DNA from: Eledone cirrhosa
Lineage: Eukaryota
DNA length: 64,000 nt
Assembly (NCBI GenBank): GCA_964016885.1
Contig: OZ024748.1
Location: 39,494,001 to 39,558,000, forward strand
Direction of reading: 5' to 3'
Below, one piece after another: positions 44,425-52,956 of this stretch (positions are counted from its first letter, which is position 1; each line of letters begins with the position of its first letter). The notes under the pieces are model-generated. The model worked only from the letters and a program-made list of their open reading frames with translations, did no database searches and was not told where the DNA came from. The translations under genes and the position numbers were made by a program.

Positions 44425-44560
44425 AGAGATCGATAAAATATGTTACTTGACTTAAAACTAAGTACTGGGATCAATATGATTGACTTAACATTTCTAGGTT
44501 GTGCCCCAGTATGACCAGTTTCATGGCCGAAAGCAAGAATATTGAAATAAGAAATAAAAT
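44425..44560 (+). mobile_element. Degenerate SINE 3' portion (Nin-like family) with A-rich tail
   Basis: GATCGATAAAATA...AGTACTGGGATCAATATGATTGACT...TGCCCCAGTATG...GAAAGCAAGAATA-A-rich, similar to the reverse complement of the 43825-43900 fragment. Confidence 0.5.
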
Positions 44561-44573
44561 ACATTTTCCTTAC

Positions 44574-44637
44574 CCAGGTACGCTATCAATAAGGGTATTT
44601 GGTACATAGCCATGCAGCATCATCTGTCCATTGTCCT
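44574..44637 (-). CDS. Candidate internal coding exon of an unidentified host gene (64 bp, phase 1/2; xDNGQMMLHGYVPNTLIDSVPG)
   Basis: Strong acceptor ttttttttcttgtgtttcttcag| and donor TGG|gtaagg. Only one frame is open, and it joins in frame to exon 44023-44088. Confidence 0.62.
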
Positions 44638-44728
44638 CTGAAGAAACACAAGAAAAAAAAATTAATTAATGAAGAATTTTGAGTTATTTACTAAAATTAT
44701 TAATTATTTCATTACTAAGACAGTAACG

Positions 44729-45292
44729 TAACCCTTTCATGGCCACATTTCTAATGAAATACACTATTTTAATTAACTAATGAAGTATTTCAAGTTATTT
44801 ACTAAAATTATTAATTAGGCACATGGCTTAGTGGTTAGAGCATTGGCTTTGCAATCGAAAGGTTGTGAGTTCAATTCTCAGACCGGGTGATGTGTTGTTT
44901 CCTTGAGCAAGACACTTTATTTCACATTGCTCCAGTTTACTCAGCTGTAGAAATGAGATGATAGGACTGTGGTCCCTATCATTCCACTGTAAAGTGGACG
45001 TGGAGGCGACACGGCAAAAAAAAAGCACCCAGCACTCACTGTAAATGAGGTTGGTGTTAGGAAGGGCATCCAGCTGTAGAAATCAAGCCAGAATCAGTTC
45101 CTGTCCCACCCTTGCAAGCAGGGAAAAGTGGACGTAAAATGAAATGATGATGATGATTTCATTACTAAGATAGTAACTTAATGTAAGGTTCTTATATAAA
45201 ATTATGTTGGGAGATTTTAATTTAAATTGGAAACATTAAAAATGGGTTTTATTTTATAGAATCAGCAGCAGTTTTGGCCGTGACGAGGGTTA
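44729..45292. mobile_element. Non-autonomous DNA transposon (piggyBac-like MITE) interrupted by a SINE
   Basis: Imperfect terminal inverted repeats TAACCCTTTCATGGCCA ... TGGCCGTGACGAGGGTTA. CCC termini are flanked by degenerate TTAA (GTAA / TTAG), and the interior is AT-rich and non-coding. Confidence 0.62.
44818..45156 (+). mobile_element. tRNA-derived SINE with CORE-like domain and (TGA)n tail
   Basis: A-box TGGCTTAGTGG, B-box GAGTTCAATTC, CORE-like CCTTGAGCAAGACACTT, and a 3' tail ATGATGATGATGA. The empty-site sequence is preserved in the duplicated segment at 44660-44727. Confidence 0.82.
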
Positions 45293-45356
45293 GTAAGTAA
45301 AGGGTGGGAGTTGGTAACTAAAGGGTGGGGGTTGGTAACTAAAGAGAGAGAGAGAG

Positions 45357-45590
45357 ATTAATAAAAACAATGAATAAAAACAAAGAAATTAAAACGAAGA
45401 AATTAAATTAATTAATAGGTATACTTATAGGGATAAATTTATATTAATTCATATAGATGTGATAAATAAGAGTTAGATGTTATTAAAGAATGTTGTTAAA
45501 AACGAAGGAAAAGAATTGGGGGAGGGGGATAAATGTATTAGTGAGAAATAACAAACTTATATAGACTACAAGGAATTTAGATTCATAACA
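45357..45590. repeat. Left arm of a discontinuous inverted repeat (partner 49979-50623); probable Penelope-like 3' UTR/pseudo-LTR
   Basis: 45357-45388 is the exact reverse complement of 50592-50623. 45397-45489 is a near-exact reverse complement of 49979-50076, and 45478-45590 is a diverged reverse complement of ~50080-50192. Confidence 0.85.
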
Positions 45591-45755
45591 GGAAATTAAA
45601 ATAGTTTATATGTATACTTATAGGTATTAATTTTAGGAAAAGATAGCTGTAACAGGGAAATAAAATTATGAAGTTCTCAGTAGTAAAATACTAATTATAG
45701 GTTAACTAAATTTAAAAAAAGCTAATTATAAGAATTTGTAATATAAAAGTGTATA

Positions 45756-46175
45756 TTAATTAGGTTTATAATATTTGAAAGTTCTTCTAATTCTATGATT
45801 GCACGATATAATTAATTCTTGTCGCTTCTTTAATAGGATATCCTTAGATTTCATTATTTCAAAAAGTTCCTGGGAACATAATCTACACTCATATCTGTTA
45901 TTTTGATAAGGGATGGCCCTTCTGAGCACACTCCAGGTCAGGTTATAATCGATATACTTTTTTCTATAATTATTAATTATTTCAGCCAAGGATGTTATAT
46001 TAGCTAATGCGGCATTTCTAAACTGTGTTTGTGGGTATTAAATCTTACTTTAAATTGGTTAGAAGTAGCTCCTATATATGAATAAGTTGAGTCCTTAGTG
46101 CTAATTTTACATTTATATACTATGCTATTAATAAGGCAATTTCCTTTTAATGGGCAATTTGCATTGTTTCTCAAG
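45756..46175 (-). pseudogene. Penelope-like element GIY-YIG endonuclease domain remnant (one frameshift, 5'-truncated)
   Basis: Manual minus-strand translation gives NCPLKGNCLINSIVYKCKISTKDSTYSYIGATSNQFKVRFNTHKHS, then a frameshift, then LAEIINNY...LTWSVLRRAIPY...CRLCSQE...RQELIISCNH. The IVY..YIG..R core with Cys motifs is typical of PLE endonucleases. Confidence 0.82.
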
Positions 46176-46218
46176 GATCAATTTCCCCCTCGTCCTTCTG
46201 CATATGAAAGTCTGCTGT

Positions 46219-47367
46219 TCAGGTTGGTGGTTTGCGACTTCTTTGCGATCTCCGCAGTGTTGGGGCGGCACTTTGGGTTTCCTCTTCCTCGGAGTCCGTT
46301 GACACAGTGATTCTACGGACATCCAGGACATGACGTGGTACTCCGTCCAAGGACACATTGTTCTGGGAATTTACGGCCGTCACCGTTCCCCTTCCCCATT
46401 GAGATGTGCAACGTGCATATGGGGGCTTAACCCAGACTTCTTCGCCCACCTGCACGAATGCACTCTCTCTCCCCACTGGCCGTTGTGATGGCGTGCACGG
46501 GTGCCGCCACTCATATCTGAATACTGCTCTGTGTGGCACCGATTCCTTGACCTGTCTCACCCGAGGGGACATGTTGTACCAGAACACTGCCTCCATTGGT
46601 GAGATATGGCCGTGCTCCGCCATTGCCTTGATCGTCCGGTGGTGTCGCTCTACAATTCCATTCCCGCTCGGCCTGTGCGCTGCTCTGAAGAAACGGTCCA
46701 CCTTCCATCCATCGAGCATCTCCCTCAGCGCCTCCGAGCGCAACGCTGCGCTGTTGTCCATCAGCAGTTCGTCCACAGGGTCCCACTCCAAGAACACCTC
46801 TCTCAACGTCCGCATGATTTCCTCGGCCGTTCCAGTCTTCATCTCCCTCCATATCGCCATCCGTCCTGATCCACAGTCGACCATCGAGAGGTACGTTCCC
46901 TGTCGGTAGTGCGTTACATCCACCGCCAATCGCTTCCAGTCGCGATCCACCGGGAGGCTTCCCGTTTCGTGCACACCCGGGGCGGGATCAATGGACTGAC
47001 ATCGGACGCAGCCTCTAACCACCCTTTGAACACTGTGTCTGTTAACGTCCGAGTCGATTCTCCTGGCTAGGAACAGGCTCCTATCCACTCCCATGTGGTG
47101 CATGTCATGCATCCCTTTCAGATCCGACTCGGTCAGCCGACACACGGCAGCTATCTCATCATCTACCTCCTCCGGTGCTTCCATCCAGGCTTTATTCACC
47201 CTAGTTAAGACGTCCGCCCTATTTTTCTCTGAGAGCACGAAAACTACACTCAGCCTCAGGTCGAACTCGGTGACCAGCTCTCCTAAAGTTCCCAGGCGGC
47301 GCTTTATCAGCATCTCCGCCGCCCCTCTCGTTCGCACTCTCTTCTCACTGGTGAGCACTGATCTCAC
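46219..47367 (-). pseudogene. Gypsy pol: RNase H C-terminus and integrase
   Basis: HHCC zinc finger (HDMHHMG...CVRC), DDE core (LAVDVTHY, LLMDNS, GNGIVERHHR) and C-terminal VGEEVWVKPP...W. Confidence 0.92.
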
Positions 47368-48880
47368 CCATCCGAGTACAGTAGCCGAGTCGGTGCGTAT
47401 CTCGATGGATGCGCATTCCCCACCTCAGGGCGAGGTTCACCCCTCTCAACACTGCGTCCAGTTCGGCTACATTGATGTGGTTGCAGTCGTCCTTCTTCCT
47501 AAGCCAGGCTGCATCCTCGACATCAACACCTCCTATCTCCAACGTGACACCCAGCGCTATGCTGCTGGCATCGCACCATACGGTCCCGCTCTGTGATTTG
47601 GGAACATACCACCCTCCCCACGATCTCCTGCATCATGGCCATCTCTTGACATAGCTGCATGCCGTCCGGAGCCACCCAGCAATCGGGTAGTCACCCACCA
47701 ACTTTCCACACACCGAGAAAAGCTCCCGCCTACTAATACTTGGGCCCAGTTCTGGAACTTCATTTCCTCTCTGGAATACCAAGACGCCCGTCCTGTCTCG
47801 CCGTAGCCTAAGTCCCAGCGCGGCTCCTCCCTCCAACGCTTCTGACGGCTTTGCAGCCAGTCCATACCCCTGTAAATGGCTCGTGACCTCCGCCGCCGAC
47901 ACCACAAACTCGTCCACTAGGATGTCGTCAATGTAGGAGTTAGTGGCCCTCTTCATCTTGTCGGCCTTTCCCAGAATGGCCTTGAGGACCGCCGCCATGA
48001 TCTTCGATGCGGAGCTCAGCCCGAAACCGAGCCTGGTCAGGCAATGTGTCCGGCCCTTATACCTGACCAGCTGATACTGCCAGAGCTTCTCATCTATATG
48101 CAATTGCAAGTATGCCGACTTTAGATCTACGATTGCTGAACCCCCCGTCATGCGTCTCCACTCACGCAGGGTTTCCCCCACAGACATCCGTGACCTCGCC
48201 ACTCGTGTGGCATGACACGTGCTCGTTCAGCTCCCGAAGGTCCAGCACCGGCCTCACCTTGTTCTTCGTGGGTTGCGCCACCGCCATTAACGACAATACT
48301 CCGCACTTCACCTCCTCTTTCCAGGGAAGCAGTATGCCCTCCTCAATCCATCTCTCTACCTCTCTCTCGAACTCGCCCCTAATGTTTCCCTTCAATGTGT
48401 GTTGATAGCAGCCCACTTTGGTCTTCAGTGTTGGTGGTTCTCCCTTCCAGTACCACTCAACAACCCATCGCTGCCTATCGAACACGGCCTTGAAGTCTTT
48501 GTCCTGCACAGTGTAAGCGGGGTATTTCTCCTCGTGGGCCTTCTGGTTCTCCTGTCGCGTACTCACAGCGCATACCGATGCAGCTGCGCCAAACGGCACA
48601 CCGACGTTGTTCACTGTGACGCCTCCTAGACGGCGAATTGCTTCCATGCCCATAACCACGCCGATCCCATCCACCAGGCTGTCTACTACGATGGCAGAAA
48701 GCCTTATTTTCCTTCCCCGTACCGCTATTTCCATCTCGCTGCGATCTCGGCATTCAATTTTCCTGCCATCGACTGCCCTTACGCTGCTATTCCCTCTTCA
48801 CCTCTGCGCCACCCCCGCGATCACCAGTGTCGTCGTACAACCCGTGTCCACGAGGGCTCGCTGTGGTTTTCCCCTCACGA
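47345..48880 (-). pseudogene. Gypsy pol: aspartic protease, reverse transcriptase and RNase H (several frameshifts)
   Basis: Protease RALVDTGCTTTLV (~48832-48865). RT motifs VRPVLDLRELN, VDLKSAYLQL, LGFGL and YIDD. RNase H WCDASSIALG...HINVAELDAV. Confidence 0.92.
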
Positions 48881-48939
48881 AGACACCCACCACGGAGAGC
48901 GCCTCTACTCGTAACGGGCAACTACCGGCGCAGTAGTTC

Positions 48940-49600
48940 CCCTTGGATCGATTCCCTGGTCGCAGTTAGTAGCGATGTAGCATATTATTTCCGGCCTTGA
49001 CTCTCTGCACTCTCTAGCCATGTGCGGGCCCTGGCACCGAAAACAGCGACCTCTAAACGTTCGCGGGCGACCGCGTGCCGTGGTTGCCTACCTTTCACCA
49101 TTTCGCTGCCAGCTGTCTTGAGCCTCTGTAGTTGCTATCGCCGCGACACTCTTCTTGGAATCTTCTGCTATGATCCGGGCTATTTCCACCAGTGAACGCA
49201 TTTCCATTTCTTTGTAACCCGCGACTTGCTGCAGTTTCACCGCTATCTCGTCTGGAAATCCATTTATGAACGCCAACCGCACCGTGCGTTCGCATTCCAC
49301 CTGATGGCCAATCGCGGTATTTCCGCTGCGAAAAGGTCAACGCGTTCACCGTTCCATCTAATTATTGCCAGCTTAGCGAAAGCGGCTAACGGTCCCTCTG
49401 CGAACGCTTCCATCATGCGCCTCTCAATCTTTTGCGCATCTCTTTGGCTGTGTTCGTCCAACTCAAGGAAGAGTACCAACGCGTCTCACTCGAGGTACAG
49501 TGCCATGAGGCCAGCCACATCTTCTATCTTCTGCAAGCTTGCGACCAGCCGGACTTTTCGCAGCCAAGCGACAACATCACTTTCCCCGGTAAATGCCCTC
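48940..49600 (-). pseudogene. Gypsy gag (in-frame stop and frameshifts) with zinc knuckle
   Basis: RAFTGESDVVAWLRKVRLVASLQKIEDVAGLMALYLE*DALVLFLE..., then VRLAFINGFPDEI, and the knuckle CFRCQGPHMAREC at ~49010-49045. Confidence 0.85.
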
Positions 49601-49609
49601 TTCTAATTA

Positions 49610-49972
49610 GTCTTGCGGTACGTGATAAACAAAAACAACAGACTCCTCTCTGTTTTTCCAGTTGCTTTTTTTTTTTTTTTTTTTTCAATCAGATCTCAGT
49701 TTCCAGTGCCGAAATAGCTTGTGGTTAGAAAAAGCTATCTCACCGCTTTTTATAGGCGCAGCTAAATCCCACTGCTGGTTTCTCTTCTTCCACGTGCGTC
49801 CAACTCCTTAACACCGGGAGCTGCCAAAACTCGCGTCCACACCGTTGCTGGTCACCACTAGAGAGAGGCCGATCTGCTGGCACTTCCGGTCGAGCATCCT
49901 TCCGGCCAAGCACCCTTCCGGTCGAGCACTCCCCCGCTTCCGGCCACCGCACGCCACACCATATCCACATCA
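49610..49972 (-). promoter_or_regulatory. Gypsy 5' LTR with TATA-like box and four CCGGAAG repeats
   Basis: TG start at 49972, minus-strand CCTATAAAAAG at ~49746-49756, and CTTCCGG at 49883, 49899, 49915 and 49937. The 3' edge of the LTR and the PBS are not recognisable. Confidence 0.6.
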
Positions 49973-49978
49973 ATTAAA

Positions 49979-50623
49979 TCTTTAATAGCATCTAACTCTT
50001 ATTTATCACATCTATATGAATTAATATAAATGTATCCCTATAAGTATACCTATCAATTAAATTAATTTAATTTCTTTTTATAGATCTAAATTCCTTATAT
50101 TTTTAATAAGATTGGTATTTTTCACTAACATATTTATCCTAAAATGTTATTCTCCTTCGATTTTAACATTAGCATTATTCTTTAATAACATACAATTTTC
50201 GTGTACCTTTCACCGGCTTGACCTCTTTTCATCCCCAAAGTAATCTTTTCATTCAAAGTATTATTTCCATTCAAAACTGAAGTCTGCATTCCTCTACTCC
50301 TAAATTAAACTTCTACTACTACTATTCTATCAACTTGACCACTTACTACTCTTCTATTGGTCAATTAAAAACCTGTTCCCAAACAGACTTATTATATTAA
50401 ATCTTTGTTGGTGTTTTTCAATAAACAAATATCATTATTTCATATATTCAGCATATATATGTGTAGGTATGTATATTCCCTCTGATAGTTTGTAAAATGT
50501 TTACATAGATCTATATGATATACATACCAACACAGACATATATATCCTAGAAACGATCGTAAAATGATGAATTTGTTAATATAAGGAACTGTTTCTTTGT
50601 TTTTATTCATTGTTTTTATTAAT
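49979..50623. repeat. Right arm of the discontinuous inverted repeat (partner 45357-45590)
   Basis: Reverse-complement matches as listed for the left arm, with ~0.5 kb extra sequence between the two best-matching blocks. Confidence 0.8.
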
Positions 50624-50747
50624 TTATCTTGACTCTGTTTTCCTGTGATTTTCATTGAAAACATCTTTGAATACATCTTTTCTTTTCATGATATTTGGAT
50701 TACATTGAGTTCTTCATACGGATTGGACACTACCGTATATCTTGGTA

Positions 50748-50889
<142 letters not shown>

Positions 50890-50937
50890 TAAGTAAGTTT
50901 TAAAACAGTGAGCGAGTTTAAAATTAGAAATATAAGT

Positions 50938-51120
50938 TTTCACCGTATTTTTTACTAAATAAATTTTTAAGCTGATAATGGGGTTTAGAACCCTCAGATA
51001 AATGGAAAAAGATGAGTATTGACGTACGTGGGAGGTCAATACTCATCTTTTTCCATTTCTCTGAGAGTTCTAAACCCCACTATCAGGCTAAAAATTTCTT
51101 TAGACAAAAATACGGTGAAA
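50938..51120. repeat. Fold-back element: 86-bp inverted arms with 11-nt loop
   Basis: 50938-51023 (TTTCACCGTATTTTT...GATGAGTATTGAC) is the imperfect reverse complement of 51035-51120 (GTCAATACTCATC...AAAAATACGGTGAAA). Confidence 0.92.
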
Positions 51121-51135
51121 GCATATATATATATA

Positions 51136-51550
51136 TATAAGGAAAAAAGATGAAATCGTAAATGCAACTGGAGTCTTTTTTTATAAAAATATAAATTTAT
51201 TTGGTTCCTTCACCGGTTTCGCAGTTCTTCTGCTTTTCAAAAGTAGAATTGAGATTGAGGTTTTGTGGTTTTTCTCACATCTAGTTGGTGTTTGAATGTT
51301 ACTTCTGTTTTATATGGAAAAAAGTGGCTAGAAATACTAGGTTTTTAGAGAAGTAATTTGGTTGGTTTCCATATAAAACAGAAGTAACATTCAAACACCA
51401 ATCAGATGTGAGAAAAACCACAAACCCTCCATCTCAATTCTACTTTTGAAAAGCAGAAGAACTGCGAAACCGGTAAGGGAAGCAAATAAATATATATTTA
51501 AAAAAAAAAAGACTCCAGTTGCATTTTCGATTTCATCTTTTTTCCTTATA
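51136..51550. mobile_element. Fold-back element: ~185-bp inverted arms with 45-bp spacer; probable non-autonomous Penelope-related element
   Basis: 51136-51320 is a near-perfect reverse complement of 51366-51550. Each arm carries a hammerhead-like motif, and the element lies between (TA)n tracts. Confidence 0.8.
51440..51482 (+). ncRNA. Candidate minimal type I hammerhead ribozyme (U3-A8 core variant)
   Basis: TTGAAAA-GCAG-AAGAA-CTGC-GAAA-CCGG-TA: core, 4-bp stem II, GAAA, palindromic minimal stem III and a GUA cleavage triplet. Stem I is weak. Confidence 0.5.
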
Positions 51551-51605
51551 CTTTCACTCGTGTAGGACATCTCGTTTTTTTTTTTCATTTTGGAAAAAAA
51601 GCCTC

Positions 51606-51719
<114 letters not shown>

Positions 51720-51721
51720 AA

Positions 51722-51840
51722 GTATGACCCCGGCGGCAGAGCTCAAGCCATTTCGACGGCAGAGCTCAAGCCGTTTAGACGGCTATTTCTGGACTGAAAT
51801 AGCCGTCGAAACAGCTTTAGTTCTGCCGTCGGGGTCATAC
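51722..51840. repeat. GC-rich fold-back (~47-bp arms) with an internal ~23-bp duplication in the left arm
   Basis: GTATGACCCCGGCGGCAGAGCTCAAGCC...GACGGCTATTTC pairs with GAAATAGCCGTCGAAACAGCTTTAGTTCTGCCGTCGGGGTCATAC. CGGCAGAGCTCAAGCC occurs twice on the left. Confidence 0.88.
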
Positions 51841-52229
51841 GTTTCCTATTTCCCACTCTACTACCCTAAGTATTGAGTACTCTGGTGCGTTATGGTCCAT
51901 CTGGTTCCTTTCCAGAATTCTTTTGTTATATATATATATATATATATATATACAGGTACGTATATTCGAGTATTTTAAGACTGACAAAATAAAATAAAAT
52001 TTCTGAGTGAATTGTGAAGCAAATAATTGATAAATCAACAATTAAACAAAGAGATATATAAATATGTAAGTAAATGATGGAATAATGGCCGCATGGGTAA
52101 AGAAAGTAGGCTGTTGTTGGTAACAACCGGTCATTGTTTGTTCATACTCTTAGAACATGTCAATTCTTTACGTGCATACACACCCTCCATTATTTACATA
52201 TTCTCACAACCACCTCTGTGTTTATATAC

Positions 52230-52230
52230 A

Positions 52231-52313
<83 letters not shown>
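52230..52313. repeat. (TA)n microsatellite
   Basis: Direct reading. Confidence 0.95.
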
Positions 52314-52318
<5 letters not shown>

Positions 52319-52324
52319 CATAAA

Positions 52325-52721
52325 CATGCTCAAATGATGTTGGCATCACCTTTAGTGTACACCCAAGGTTGGGCCCCGTGCTATCTGGCCACGACAAAAA
52401 TCCCACTCGCATCACATAACAACAATACGGCACAATTATTTCACCTAAATTGGCCCTGCACTCATTAACATTACACCAAAACAGATCAAAGCAGAAACAG
52501 ACCCCATCAAGTTCAAGAAGTCTTTGGACAAACTCCTTCAAGAAATCCCGGATAAGCCGCCTACAACCGGATATGCCTCCGAAAACAATAACTCTCTGCT
52601 CGATTGGGCCATGGTGCTCAAACACTGATTTGTTCGACTTCGCCAGGTGGTGCTATTAAGTTAGACATGGACAGGGCCCATACTGGCCGAAACCTATCAA
52701 AGTTATCAAAGTTATCAAAGT
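52325..52721 (+). mobile_element. 3' end of a CR1/L2-group LINE (5'-truncated)
   Basis: Manual translation HPRLG...RHNYFT*IGPALINITPKQIKAETDPIKFKKSLDKLLQEIPDKP...NNNSLLDW resembles the ORF2 C-terminus of this group. It ends in a short tandem tail (TATCAAAGT)x3. Confidence 0.68.
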
Positions 52722-52956
52722 AAATGATGAAAGAATGGGGGCATGAGTAAAGAAAGTAGGCTGTTGTTGGGACGAAACCGATTATTGTTTGTTCATACTC
52801 TTAGAATAGTTGCAATAATCATATAGAGCTAAAATACGTGGTTGTCGGACGGAAAATAGGTGACCTATACTCTAAGATAATCTGCAGTGAGGTGGAGTAG
52901 AATTGTTGCTCTTTATCTTTGGGTTAATCACAGCTCGTAAATGTCTGTAAATATTT

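Larger units (their letters stand above)
46177..49972 (-). mobile_element. Ty3/Gypsy LTR retrotransposon, degenerate, with 5' LTR only
   Basis: Domain order is gag-PR-RT-RNaseH-IN. The LTR begins TGATGTGG at 49972. The polypurine tract AGAAGGACGAGGGGGAAA (46199-46182) is followed by only TGAT of the 3' LTR. Confidence 0.93.
52068..52806. repeat. Diverged ~88-bp direct repeats (52068-52155 and 52718-52806)
   Basis: Both copies read AAGTAAATGATG...GCATG.GTAAAGAAAGTAGGCTGTTGTTGG...ATTGTTTGTTCATACTCTTAGAA. Confidence 0.88.

Noticed and set aside
44818-44890. tRNA gene
   Set aside because: A and B boxes are present but there is no complete cloverleaf or oligo-T terminator. It continues into a CORE-like body and tail, so it is a SINE head.
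46406-49728. Plus-strand and alternative-frame ORFs over the Gypsy element (similar ones overlie the LINE at 59144-63939)
   Set aside because: They are antisense or shadow ORFs of GC-rich retroelement coding sequence with no recognisable motifs.
50938-51120. Hammerhead ribozyme in the first fold-back (CTGATAATGGGGTTTAGAACCCTCAG)
   Set aside because: It lacks a properly placed GAAA-stem III-UH and the 3-8 pair is not satisfied.
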